From a virus: a stretch of 64,000 bases of DNA. The stretch spans positions 32,001-96,000 of the IMG/VR virus record IMGVR_UViG_3300024262_000018, one strand, 5' to 3'. This document shows, one piece after another, positions 19,115 to 28,329 of this stretch. Under the pieces are notes generated by a model. The model did no database searches and was not told the origin of the DNA. It worked only from the letters and a program-made list of their open reading frames with translations. Made by a program: the position numbers and the translations under genes. Positions within the stretch are counted from its first letter, which is position 1. Every line of letters begins with the position of its first letter.

Positions 19115-19486
19115 ATGAAAATACATCCAACTAAAATAACTGAATATCCATATTGGCAGGAAGACTCACCAGAAAAAACGATGAGTGCTTCATACTCAGG
19201 ATACTATAGCATTTGGCCCGACAATGAATATAACGACTGTTCGTTTATTTCTAGTGGATTCAATTTCTCTGGTAATATTGTTATAGCCCTTCGACCAGGT
19301 GGGAATCAAACAGACGGTGATGTTTTTGTAATTTGTAATGGTGACAAATGGGAATCCCCCTCTGGCTATCATCTATCTCATTTTAAGATTTCTGGGGAAA
19401 GATTAAATGCAGACATGTTAGCTCAAAATAGCGGATGTACATATGAATATATACGAAAGACAATAGAAAAAATAATCTGCAAATAA
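19115..19486 (+). CDS. hypothetical protein
   Basis: likely start MKIHPTK; the track's GTG start lies inside the tRNA fragment. Confidence 0.5.
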   Translation: MKIHPTKITEYPYWQEDSPEKTMSASYSGYYSIWPDNEYNDCSFISSGFNFSGNIVIALRPGGNQTDGDVFVICNGDKWESPSGYHLSHFKISGERLNADMLAQNSGCTYEYIRKTIEKIICK

Positions 19487-19490
19487 ATAT

Positions 19491-19573
19491 AGAGTGGTAG
19501 AATAATTGGTAATTCACTGGACTTTGAATCCAGGTCCGAAAGGATAATGAAGGTTCAAATCCTTCCCACTCTA
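19491..19573 (+). tRNA. tRNA-Gln(TTG) with long variable arm
   Basis: AGAGTGG/CCACTCT, CTGGA-CTTTGAA-TCCAG, V-arm GTCCGAAAGGAT. Confidence 0.85.
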
Positions 19574-19586
19574 TTATAATATTTAT

Positions 19587-19669
19587 AGAGCGATAGAGTA
19601 ATTGGCAACTCACCGGACTCTGACTCCGGACTCGTAAGGGTATTGAAGGTTCAAATCCTTCTCGCTCTG
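19587..19669 (+). tRNA. tRNA-Gln(CTG) with long variable arm
   Basis: AGAGCGA/TCGCTCT, CCGGA-CTCTGAC-TCCGG, V-arm ACTCGTAAGGGT. Confidence 0.85.
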
Positions 19670-19756
19670 TTAAACAAATATTTAGTTTCTTGAAGGAAAT
19701 AGCGTAAAGAGTTAGTATGTATTATCACGCTACGTTATTTGCTAAGGAATTATAAA

Positions 19757-20551
19757 ATGAGAAAAAGAACAAATCCCATCTGGAAAGTAGATATAAAAAA
19801 TTTTGTTAAAATAATTGACGAATCTAATACTATATCAGAAGTTGTAGACAAGATAGGAATAAAAGGTAGATATAGACAAACCTGTTGCAAAACGGTTGTC
19901 CGAAGAGCAGAAGTTGAAAAAATATCTTTAGACGGTTTACGAAAACGTTTTAAAAAATATAATAAGAACTTTTTAGCAAACATTAATAAAGAAAAAACGA
20001 TACCGCTTAAAAAAATACTTATTAATAATTCACACTACAACCGTGGGCATCTAAAAGACAGGCTAATAAAAAATAAAATACTTAAAAACGAATGTGCTAT
20101 TTGTAAACAAAAACCGAAATGGAACAATCAAATCCTCGTAATGGTTCTAGATCACATTAATGGCGTAAAAAATGACAATAGGTTAAACAACCTTAGACTA
20201 TTATGTCCCAATTGCAATAGTCAACAATCTACATTTGCAGGACGAAATATTAAAAAACAACGAAAATTAAAAAAGTCAGAAATAAACCCAGAATGGAGAA
20301 ACGCATGCCGCCCAAAAACCCGAAAAGTTAAAAGACCAGATAAAGAAGAATTACTTAAATTACTATGGGAAATACCAACCGCTCAACTCGCTAAAAGATA
20401 TGGAGTAACAGACAAGGCTATAGAAAAGTGGTCAAAAGCCTATGGTATAACAAAACCAGCAAGAGGTTATTGGGCGAAAAAAAGTAAAAGTGACAAAAAA
20501 TACAATAAGCTTACAATAGGTTCAAATCCTTCCTGCCCTGTTACAAAGTGA
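19757..20551 (+). CDS. HNH homing endonuclease with C-terminal HTH
   Basis: LDHINGVKNDNRLNNLRLLCPNCNSQ; C-terminal module homologous to 15759..16541; likely start MRKRTNP. Confidence 0.88.
   Translation: MRKRTNPIWKVDIKNFVKIIDESNTISEVVDKIGIKGRYRQTCCKTVVRRAEVEKISLDGLRKRFKKYNKNFLANINKEKTIPLKKILINNSHYNRGHLKDRLIKNKILKNECAICKQKPKWNNQILVMVLDHINGVKNDNRLNNLRLLCPNCNSQQSTFAGRNIKKQRKLKKSEINPEWRNACRPKTRKVKRPDKEELLKLLWEIPTAQLAKRYGVTDKAIEKWSKAYGITKPARGYWAKKSKSDKKYNKLTIGSNPSCPVTK
20518..20540 (+). pseudogene. 3' half of disrupted tRNA (T-arm + acceptor strand)
   Basis: AGGTTCAAATCCTTC-CTGCCCT-G; T-arm core as in the neighbouring Gln tRNAs. Confidence 0.65.
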
Positions 20552-20602
20552 AGCATTTTGATCTATAATATGATAACTAGCGTATCGAAGAAGGGAAAAA
20601 CT

Positions 20603-20986
20603 ATGAATAAAGATTACGTTGCTAAAGCTAAACACCTTGCTCAGAAGATCCAGGACGACAAACAAAAAATGCGTGAGGATAGTATTAAAGACACCAAAAA
20701 GTTTGTCGCAGCTACGACTAAAATGAGGGACAAAGTGAAAGCAGCCCTGATGCCATTTGACAATCTCCCATTAAATAGCGGAAAATTGCATATCGTATCG
20801 GATGAGATATTGAATATTCAACTTATCCAACGTAAACCGAATGAGAAAGACATAGAACTGCTCAGTCTTGGTATATATCCTAATGAAATCGTATTTGCCT
20901 ATCCGGCACATTGGAATTATAACACGTACAGGTCTATAAATGAGTTGTTAGACTTTATAGCGAAGTTCGTTTCCAAACGCTTATAA
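20603..20986 (+). CDS. hypothetical protein
   Basis: likely start MNKDYV after AAGGG SD. Confidence 0.55.
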   Translation: MNKDYVAKAKHLAQKIQDDKQKMREDSIKDTKKFVAATTKMRDKVKAALMPFDNLPLNSGKLHIVSDEILNIQLIQRKPNEKDIELLSLGIYPNEIVFAYPAHWNYNTYRSINELLDFIAKFVSKRL

Positions 20987-21016
20987 AACCCTATACCACC
21001 ATATTAGGAGAAATGA

Positions 21017-21553
21017 ATGTTGAAGATCAACGCTTGTAGTACAACTGATGAATTTGTTTTCTTTTGGGACAGTCTTTTCAGCCAGTGGTATTCTTGTGAA
21101 TTTACAGATTATACCGACAAGACAGAATATGTCTCGGCAGAACAATATATGATGCGACAAAAAGCCCTTTTATTCGGAGATGAAGAAATAGCAGAAAAAA
21201 TCATGTCTGCTAAGTCTCCCTATATATGCAAGTCTTTAGGCAAACAAGTCAAAAACTTTTCTAATGAAAAATGGATTGCAAATAGGATGTCAATCGTAAC
21301 ACAAGGTAATTATCTAAAATTTTCTCAGGATTTAGATCTTAAGAATACTTTAACGTCTACCGGAGATAGAATTCTTGTTGAGGCTAGCCCTAAAGATAAA
21401 ATATGGGGAATAGGACTAGATCGAAACGATTCTGCCGATACCATAGAAGATGTCTCAAGTTGGCAAGGATTAAATCTTTTAGGAATATGCCTCATGAACG
21501 TAAGAAGTCATTTCAAACTTATAGATAACGTTTTTGATGCCTGGAGAAATTAA
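21017..21553 (+). CDS. NADAR family protein (YbiA-like)
   Basis: FSQWY...SAEQYMM..KALLFGD...LVEASPKDKIWGIG...GLNLLGICLM. Confidence 0.93.
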   Translation: MLKINACSTTDEFVFFWDSLFSQWYSCEFTDYTDKTEYVSAEQYMMRQKALLFGDEEIAEKIMSAKSPYICKSLGKQVKNFSNEKWIANRMSIVTQGNYLKFSQDLDLKNTLTSTGDRILVEASPKDKIWGIGLDRNDSADTIEDVSSWQGLNLLGICLMNVRSHFKLIDNVFDAWRN

Positions 21554-21556
21554 TAA

Positions 21557-22093
21557 ATGAGAGATAGTTGTCTTAATTGCGTAAGAAAACATTTATCAGT
21601 GGCTCATGTTTTGACGTTTGAAAAAACATTTCAAGGAATAGATCTATTAACCCATATCGGTCAAGCAGAAGTTCTGTTTGACGAATTTCTGACAGGCGAT
21701 TATGATGTCCATTTTTGGCTATCCGTTGGTCATCTTGCGCGAATTGAAAATTATTTATATAGTAATCATAAAATTAAAAACTTTATACAATTAGCAGACA
21801 CTATTCGTAAAGAAAGGGTTATGGCTATTGAGAATGCAGATTACAGACCTGATTTTTTATTATTAGGCAAGAATATCAGGAAACTCGTTAAAAATCTAAA
21901 TATCCAGGATATTGACTACGAATGCGGAATTAAAGGTAATATTCTTGAGGCCGTTGAGGAGACTATAAAAGAGTATCCTAAATTATCAAAGAAAATATTC
22001 GCGGAGTATTCAAAAGCGATGGAACAGAAGCAAGGTTGGGAACAAATAGATTTTCTAGAACTGATAGAAATAGCTACAGTGTTAGAAGAATAA
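21557..22093 (+). CDS. hypothetical protein
   Basis: 178 aa ORF. Confidence 0.55.
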   Translation: MRDSCLNCVRKHLSVAHVLTFEKTFQGIDLLTHIGQAEVLFDEFLTGDYDVHFWLSVGHLARIENYLYSNHKIKNFIQLADTIRKERVMAIENADYRPDFLLLGKNIRKLVKNLNIQDIDYECGIKGNILEAVEETIKEYPKLSKKIFAEYSKAMEQKQGWEQIDFLELIEIATVLEE

Positions 22094-22211
22094 GTATTTA
22101 ATCCGCATAATCTGGTATTCTCTTCAAACTCACCATTTTGCCCTTTTTAATTTATAAAGGTTAAAGAGAGGGATTGTATAATTAATAGTGAGTTTATACT
22201 GGAGTTATAAA

Positions 22212-22664
22212 ATGGATAAAAGCGTTTGGAAAATAACAGTTCAGAAATGCGATCTATTATTAGAGAACACTGAAGGGAACCAGATAGTTTCTATTGGTAT
22301 TATTAACCGCCTAGAATCATCGATGGTGAATAAGGGGTTTGTTCGTTTAGATAGATTGCCGGAAGAATGGTGCGAGATTTATGGAATGACAAGATTTGAA
22401 GGACAGATCACGACGCTCAGAAATGTTAAGGACTTTTGGGGAAAAGTATTTCCAATATTATTTTCACTAGCAGATGGACACCCTTTACTATGGCAGTGTT
22501 CAGCCAAACACGCTAGATTTTATAAACTTTCCTTTAGCAGGCAAAATGTATATAAATTCTCTTTTGTGGCCGGAAGTCTAGCCGGTCAAGATCCGATTGA
22601 CGATTATAATAGCCTTACAGGCGGCAGCATTGACGAACAAATAGTTATGCTGGAATTAGCATAA
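22212..22664 (+). CDS. hypothetical protein
   Basis: likely start MDKSVW after GGAG. Confidence 0.55.
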   Translation: MDKSVWKITVQKCDLLLENTEGNQIVSIGIINRLESSMVNKGFVRLDRLPEEWCEIYGMTRFEGQITTLRNVKDFWGKVFPILFSLADGHPLLWQCSAKHARFYKLSFSRQNVYKFSFVAGSLAGQDPIDDYNSLTGGSIDEQIVMLELA

Positions 22665-22726
22665 TCTAAATAAAATCTATAACTTTGTGGCATCATTTCT
22701 CGATAATCTGTATATAACTCTTATAT

Positions 22727-23485
22727 ATGGAGATTAACATGCAGAATAATAGCTCTTTAGTGAGTACTTTAACCCTTGAAAATGCAAAACTTGCCACAAA
22801 AGAAATTATAGATACCTTTATTAATGAAGGTACTGAAGAGAATATAGAAATAGATTATAAGATAACCTTTGGTGTAGCTTCGAGTTGCGAAACGAATACT
22901 GCATTTAAATTCAATTTTAAAGAGAATAGTTTTTTATTCCAACTTGCTTCTTTAGCCTCGACAATCGAGGAATTATCTAGCGAAGAGCATGACGCCCTTT
23001 TAGCATTTGAGAAAATGGTAATTAAAGAAATTGAAGATCATCATTTTAATACAATAAAAGCCAAACTGAGGGAATTCACTCCCTTGGATCATGAGAAGAT
23101 GTCAAAAATAAACCCTTTTACTAGGCAAAAAATATTAGAAACGATTTTTCCAATGACGAATTCTAAAGTCATCTCTTGTCTTTTTAATTTACTATTTGTT
23201 CCTGATGGTGACGATGGTTACATTTTAATGGTAAATAAAAATTCTCCCAAGCCAGGACTCTCTACGACTTCCGTATCTAATGATTTAATTAAAAGGCACT
23301 CTGAAACTGGAAAGAATTTCGATGAAATCATTAAAGACAGAAAAGCGGCTGAGGACGATCAATATAAATATGTAGTAAGTGTAACAAAAAAATATTATGA
23401 ATACCAATGTCAATTATCGCTGCATGTGGACTATTCTCCAGCTCCAAAAGAAGAAGTAGACGCAAAAATGAAAGACATTATTTGA
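22727..23485 (+). CDS. hypothetical protein
   Basis: 252 aa ORF. Confidence 0.55.
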   Translation: MEINMQNNSSLVSTLTLENAKLATKEIIDTFINEGTEENIEIDYKITFGVASSCETNTAFKFNFKENSFLFQLASLASTIEELSSEEHDALLAFEKMVIKEIEDHHFNTIKAKLREFTPLDHEKMSKINPFTRQKILETIFPMTNSKVISCLFNLLFVPDGDDGYILMVNKNSPKPGLSTTSVSNDLIKRHSETGKNFDEIIKDRKAAEDDQYKYVVSVTKKYYEYQCQLSLHVDYSPAPKEEVDAKMKDII

Positions 23486-23500
23486 GGATGAAAGAAAAAA

Positions 23501-24121
23501 ATGGTTGAACCAACAATATGCACCGATTACCGTCGAACGACTGCCGAATTAGAAGAGTTTTTATTATTTAGTATCTCTGTAGCTGGAAAAACCGCGAGCC
23601 AGATATCTACAGCACTAGAGCGTTTTTTTAATTTTGCAGATCAAATTATAATGCAACAGGTAAAAACTTATGATGTAAAAATCCTCATGACAGAAAAAAA
23701 CAAATATAATACACCTTTTAAGGCTATAAAAAGATTGATAGAAATTGAGGAATTAGAAAATACAATTAAAATAAGTAGTCTTGGGCAGCACAATAAATTA
23801 AAAAAATCTTTTACTGAGTTGGTTAAAAGTAACTTGGACTTGAAGAATTGCACAGTAGATGAATTAGAAAAGATCCACGGCATTGGTCCTAAAACATCTA
23901 GATTTTTCATATTACACACAAGACCTAAGCAAAAATTAGCGGTTCTAGATACTCATATTCTAAAATATATTAAACAATACATTGCAGATACCCCAAAAAC
24001 AACACCTTCGAAAAAAAGATATAATGAATTAGAACAATGGTTTATTAAACACTGTGAAACTTTAAAAGTGGATATTGCAGAATATGACTTACAAATATGG
24101 AATAGTTATGCCAGAAAATAA
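23501..24121 (+). CDS. HhH-GPD superfamily DNA glycosylase
   Basis: LEKIHGIGPKTSRFF hairpin motif followed by AVLDTHIL. Confidence 0.8.
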   Translation: MVEPTICTDYRRTTAELEEFLLFSISVAGKTASQISTALERFFNFADQIIMQQVKTYDVKILMTEKNKYNTPFKAIKRLIEIEELENTIKISSLGQHNKLKKSFTELVKSNLDLKNCTVDELEKIHGIGPKTSRFFILHTRPKQKLAVLDTHILKYIKQYIADTPKTTPSKKRYNELEQWFIKHCETLKVDIAEYDLQIWNSYARK

Positions 24122-25466
24122 CACAAAATTGAACAGATCTAGGGGAGCTTTTCTCGGTCCAAAAGTTTTAGACACGGCAGGAATAATGAAAAAACAAAAA
24201 AAATCACCAGAAAAAGAAACAGAAATTAAAAAAGTCGAGCCAAAACCGATAGCGGAATTAGCTTCTAAAGAGGCTACTGAGCCAATACCTAAGAAAATAG
24301 GTAGACAGACGCCTTCCATAGACAAACTACCCAACGATACCTATCCAGAGGCTCCTGGTGGCGGTGTAAGAGATGGAGCGGATCAAAGTGCTTTTAGACA
24401 TAACAGAATGCGTGATGTCGGATTTAAAATCGGGAAATACATACAAACGCCACCATTATTATTTACTAGAGACGGCCACTCTCTTTATCTAGGAGATATA
24501 TTCCGTGGGGCGTCTGCCTTCCTAATTGCAGGAGGGCCATCTTTTAAAAATATAGATGTTGAGAAATTATCTTCTGCAGGATTTCTTACTTTCGGTCTAA
24601 ATAATTCTGCAAAAAGTTTTAGACCTAACTTGTGGACATGTGTTGACGATCCAACCCACTTTATCAAATCTGTTTGGTTAGACCCTAAGATTATGAAATT
24701 TGCTCCAATGGCCCACGCTGATAAAAAAATATTTGATAATGAAGCATGGAAAGAAATGGATATGACTGTTGGAGATTGTCCTAATGTGCTTTATTACAGA
24801 CGTAATGAAGACTTTAAGGCCGACCAATATCTCTTCGAAGATACTGTTAATTGGGGAAACCATACCAAACTTGGTGGAGGAAGGTCTGTGATGCTTGCGG
24901 CATTACGCTTATCTTTCTATCTTGGCATTAGAAAAGTTTTCTTGTTGGGAGTAGATTTCGACATGAACGAGAATAATAAATATCATTTTGAACAGGAAAG
25001 AACAGATAAATCTATAAAAAATAATAACGATACATATGATCTGCTAAAATCGAGATTTAAACAACTAAAACCGATATTCGAAGAAAATGATTTTCAGGTG
25101 TTTAATTGCAATCCGGAATCAGGATTAAAAGTTTTTGATTTTATATCTTTTGAAGACGCAATTAAATCGGCCACAAAGATGATGCCAAAAAATTTGGAAA
25201 CAGAAAGAACAGCCGGGTTATATGATCGAGGAGCCTCTAGTAAAAAAGAAAAAGAAAAAAACAAAATCAAAAAAGAGCTAGACATCGCTAGAGAAATATT
25301 AAATAAAGCAAAAGAAAAACTACAAAATACAGACGTGGATAAAATATCCGCCGAAGAACATAAAAAATTAGAACAAGAGATTGTAGATAAAAGACGCGTT
25401 TTTAGAACAATAGAAAGAAAAAAGAATAAAATTTGGTATGGATCTCCAGAAAGGCCAACAGATTAA
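24108..25466 (+). CDS. Maf/DUF115 (MptE-like) glycosyltransferase-like protein
   Basis: FLIAGGPSF...TFGLNN...VFLLGVDF...VFNCN. Confidence 0.75.
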   Translation: MPENNTKLNRSRGAFLGPKVLDTAGIMKKQKKSPEKETEIKKVEPKPIAELASKEATEPIPKKIGRQTPSIDKLPNDTYPEAPGGGVRDGADQSAFRHNRMRDVGFKIGKYIQTPPLLFTRDGHSLYLGDIFRGASAFLIAGGPSFKNIDVEKLSSAGFLTFGLNNSAKSFRPNLWTCVDDPTHFIKSVWLDPKIMKFAPMAHADKKIFDNEAWKEMDMTVGDCPNVLYYRRNEDFKADQYLFEDTVNWGNHTKLGGGRSVMLAALRLSFYLGIRKVFLLGVDFDMNENNKYHFEQERTDKSIKNNNDTYDLLKSRFKQLKPIFEENDFQVFNCNPESGLKVFDFISFEDAIKSATKMMPKNLETERTAGLYDRGASSKKEKEKNKIKKELDIAREILNKAKEKLQNTDVDKISAEEHKKLEQEIVDKRRVFRTIERKKNKIWYGSPERPTD

Positions 25467-25469
25467 AAC

Positions 25470-26396
25470 ATGAATAAACAAATAAATTTGAATAAAAAAA
25501 ACACAGGAGTACTTTTCTTTAATTTCGGATCTAGTTGCGCTATGCGTTTAACTATATGCATGTATACTTTAAGAAAATACTATAATGGAAATGCTGTACT
25601 TCTATTACAGCAAAATGAAGAGCATACAGACAGAATTAAAGAAAAGGCAGAACAAATAGGTATAGATGTTGAACTTGTAAATCTGGACAGGATTTGTGAT
25701 AGAAACTTTAAAAGTGTTCTAGCTCCAAAGGTTCTAAAAATCAGCCCCTACGAAGCGTCTGTTCAAATAGATGCCGATGCTTCATTCCGAGCGAGTCCAC
25801 GACCTATATTAGATAGATGTTATGACTATGGCGTTCTAGTCTCACATTTCTGTGATTGGATGTCGAATGGAAGTATAATGAAGAATAGAATATCGAGTTT
25901 TGCAGACGTTATCTCTCAAGAAGATCTATTTGGGTCGTTAAATCGTCGTCCTGCTATAAATTGTGGCGTTGTGGGTTATAGACATGGAATTGGAGATGAT
26001 TTCCAAAAAGAATGGGACGACTTAACTAATAAAACAGCAGGAAGATTTATTGCAGAAGAAATAGCATGTCAATGTGTTTTTTGGAAACATCCCCACTACC
26101 TAGCTCCATCAGAGTGGAATGCTTCAGTTGTGTGGGGGGATTTAGATTCTGCTAAAATTATTCATTATCATGGTCACAAACACACATCCCTTAAAAGACG
26201 GAATAGCCGATATTGGTGGGCCGAAGTAGGTTGGGCAATAGAAGATGGAATTTTAGATTTTGAAGAAGTTAAGTTCTGGTCACAATTTGATAAAAATGCA
26301 AAAAAAGTTATAGCAGAACAGGATTTTGCTCATATAGAGAAAGCAAAAATAGAATTCGGTCATCTCAGAAAACAAAAGGAACTAACATATGGATAA
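25470..26396 (+). CDS. GT-A glycosyltransferase (GT8-like)
   Basis: SPYEASVQIDAD, INCGVV, WNAS...IIHYHG. Confidence 0.75.
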   Translation: MNKQINLNKKNTGVLFFNFGSSCAMRLTICMYTLRKYYNGNAVLLLQQNEEHTDRIKEKAEQIGIDVELVNLDRICDRNFKSVLAPKVLKISPYEASVQIDADASFRASPRPILDRCYDYGVLVSHFCDWMSNGSIMKNRISSFADVISQEDLFGSLNRRPAINCGVVGYRHGIGDDFQKEWDDLTNKTAGRFIAEEIACQCVFWKHPHYLAPSEWNASVVWGDLDSAKIIHYHGHKHTSLKRRNSRYWWAEVGWAIEDGILDFEEVKFWSQFDKNAKKVIAEQDFAHIEKAKIEFGHLRKQKELTYG

Positions 26397-27141
26397 AATA
26401 ACTGTTGTAACCGCCGTAGATGACCAACATTTAAATGAGCTATGTTGCTCCTTTAAAACTTGGCTTAAATTTTTTCCAGATTTTTTCAAGAATAATCCTT
26501 ATGTTATAATGTATGATACTTCACAGGTTAAAGATACCGATCCTAGATTTAATATACTTTCTAGCTTAGATGTCACACTTATTCCCTGGGAAGATTCTAA
26601 AAATATATACGCAAATCAAAGAGAAAAGATGCTAACCTCTTTAGTTGTCTGTCCAGGACAACATGTAAAAACTAAGTGGTATCTTAAATTGGATACAGAC
26701 ACCCTAGCTGTAGAGACAAAAGACTGGATTAAACAGGAATGGTTTACCGATGATATAAAAATAATAGGAAGCCCCTGGGGTTACACAAAACCCCCCGATG
26801 CAATAGATATACTAGACGAATGGGGAGATAGCATTCCTGAGATTAGTGAGCATCCTAGGCTAAACTTGCATCCGAATCCAGGATCTAGTTTAGTTAGTCA
26901 TTCAAGACTAGTAACGTGGGTGTCTTTTTGTCAAACCGAATGGACAAAGTACATATCATCTTTTGTAGAAAGAGAAGATGGAGAATATAAGTTACCAGTA
27001 GCATCGCAAGATACCTATTTGATTTATATTGCCCAAAGAATGAAGTATGAATATTTAAAAATTAAATTTAAACGTCTAGGATGGAGTCATATTTCTAGAT
27101 ATCGTAAACTAAAAAGGACATGCGAAGAACTATGTCGATAA
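26389..27141 (+). CDS. GT-A fold glycosyltransferase
   Basis: VVTAVD, WYLKLDTD DxD motif, SQDT. Confidence 0.65.
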   Translation: MDKITVVTAVDDQHLNELCCSFKTWLKFFPDFFKNNPYVIMYDTSQVKDTDPRFNILSSLDVTLIPWEDSKNIYANQREKMLTSLVVCPGQHVKTKWYLKLDTDTLAVETKDWIKQEWFTDDIKIIGSPWGYTKPPDAIDILDEWGDSIPEISEHPRLNLHPNPGSSLVSHSRLVTWVSFCQTEWTKYISSFVEREDGEYKLPVASQDTYLIYIAQRMKYEYLKIKFKRLGWSHISRYRKLKRTCEELCR

Positions 27142-27938
27142 ATCCTACAATCGAAATTTCTGTTCAAATGTTTGAATTCCAAAAGCGTTTTTGGTGGATG
27201 CTGTCATCTTTAATACAGCAAAAATCTTGGTTAGGTTTTTCAGTGCCAAAAATAAATGTCAAGATTTCGGCAATGTCTTTAAAAGATAGATTCGCCCCAT
27301 TAACACAAAAAATGATAAAAACTTTTGAGGGACTAATTGATATTTCTGTTAAAGAATATACAGATCCAGAGATTTTCGGAAATCGAGGACTGACCAGAAG
27401 TTATGATATTCAAGAGACAAAATCAGATTGGTTATTCTTTACAGACGCAGACATGATCTTTCATCCAGAATTCTTTTCTGAAATCGCTGCCGATTATTTG
27501 GAGCAGTGGCAAGGAACAGGCAAGATAATTACATCACCGAGGATAAATGTTCCAGCAGAAACGGCTTATAGGTTGGCGAATGATTTTAATTATGACTGCT
27601 CGGCTCCAGTTCCAGGGGCGTTTAAAACCTGTTGGGATTTAAAAGGAGATTATTCATGCAAGGGTAGAGCTCCAGGAGCGGGCTATTTTCAACTAATAGA
27701 AGTAAAATATTTGAAAGATAACAAAATAACTTATTGTGATAGAAAAAGAGACAGGAACTTGTTCCATCAGAACGGTAATAAGTTTATCTCTGATAAAGTG
27801 TTCAGGAGAAAATTAAACGGAACGATTGTCATGAAAAAGCCTAAAGATGAACTAGGTAGTCGAGATATACTAAAACCACTGTTGCATTTAAACCATTGGA
27901 GAAAATGCGATTTGGAATGGACTGATGAGGGACGGTAA
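27132..27938 (+). CDS. GT2-like glycosyltransferase
   Basis: DWLFFTDADMIF, GAGYFQL, LLHLNH. Confidence 0.7.
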   Translation: MSINPTIEISVQMFEFQKRFWWMLSSLIQQKSWLGFSVPKINVKISAMSLKDRFAPLTQKMIKTFEGLIDISVKEYTDPEIFGNRGLTRSYDIQETKSDWLFFTDADMIFHPEFFSEIAADYLEQWQGTGKIITSPRINVPAETAYRLANDFNYDCSAPVPGAFKTCWDLKGDYSCKGRAPGAGYFQLIEVKYLKDNKITYCDRKRDRNLFHQNGNKFISDKVFRRKLNGTIVMKKPKDELGSRDILKPLLHLNHWRKCDLEWTDEGR

Positions 27939-28329
27939 TATTATGATATTCACCGTAGGATATCACAATATAAGCCGTAAAGATTTAAAAGATAAGGTAA
28001 ACGAAAAAGATGCCGCTATTATCGATATTCGATATATCCCATTCTCTAGAAATCTTTTCTGGACACAAGATCAATTGCAGGAAGTCTTTGGGTCGAGGTA
28101 TTATCATATTAAGCAGCTAGGAAATGTTAATTATAAGATTAAAAATTCATTCAAAATATCAGACATAAATGCCGGTCTAGAATCCTTATCTCCAATATTA
28201 GAAAAATATAAAAATATCTTTCTATTGTGTGCCTGTAAGGATTTAAAAACTTGTCATCGCCTCATAATCGCTGAAGAAATAAAAAATAAATTAAACATCG
28301 AATACGAAGAATTTGATATGGACTCATGA
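27925..28329 (+). CDS. DUF488 family protein
   Basis: IFTVGY...IDIRYIPFSR...LLCAC...CHRLIIA. Confidence 0.85.
   Translation: MRDGNIMIFTVGYHNISRKDLKDKVNEKDAAIIDIRYIPFSRNLFWTQDQLQEVFGSRYYHIKQLGNVNYKIKNSFKISDINAGLESLSPILEKYKNIFLLCACKDLKTCHRLIIAEEIKNKLNIEYEEFDMDS

Noticed and set aside
15315-19613. Short minus-strand ORFs over tRNA genes (15315, 16395, 19383) and similar antisense ORFs across the window
   Set aside because: They overlap well-supported tRNAs or CDSs on the opposite strand and have no motifs or SD
19105-20518. Group I intron in the split tRNA
   Set aside because: No recognisable P/Q/R/S core; the insert contains whole tRNA genes and the anticodon stem cannot be rebuilt
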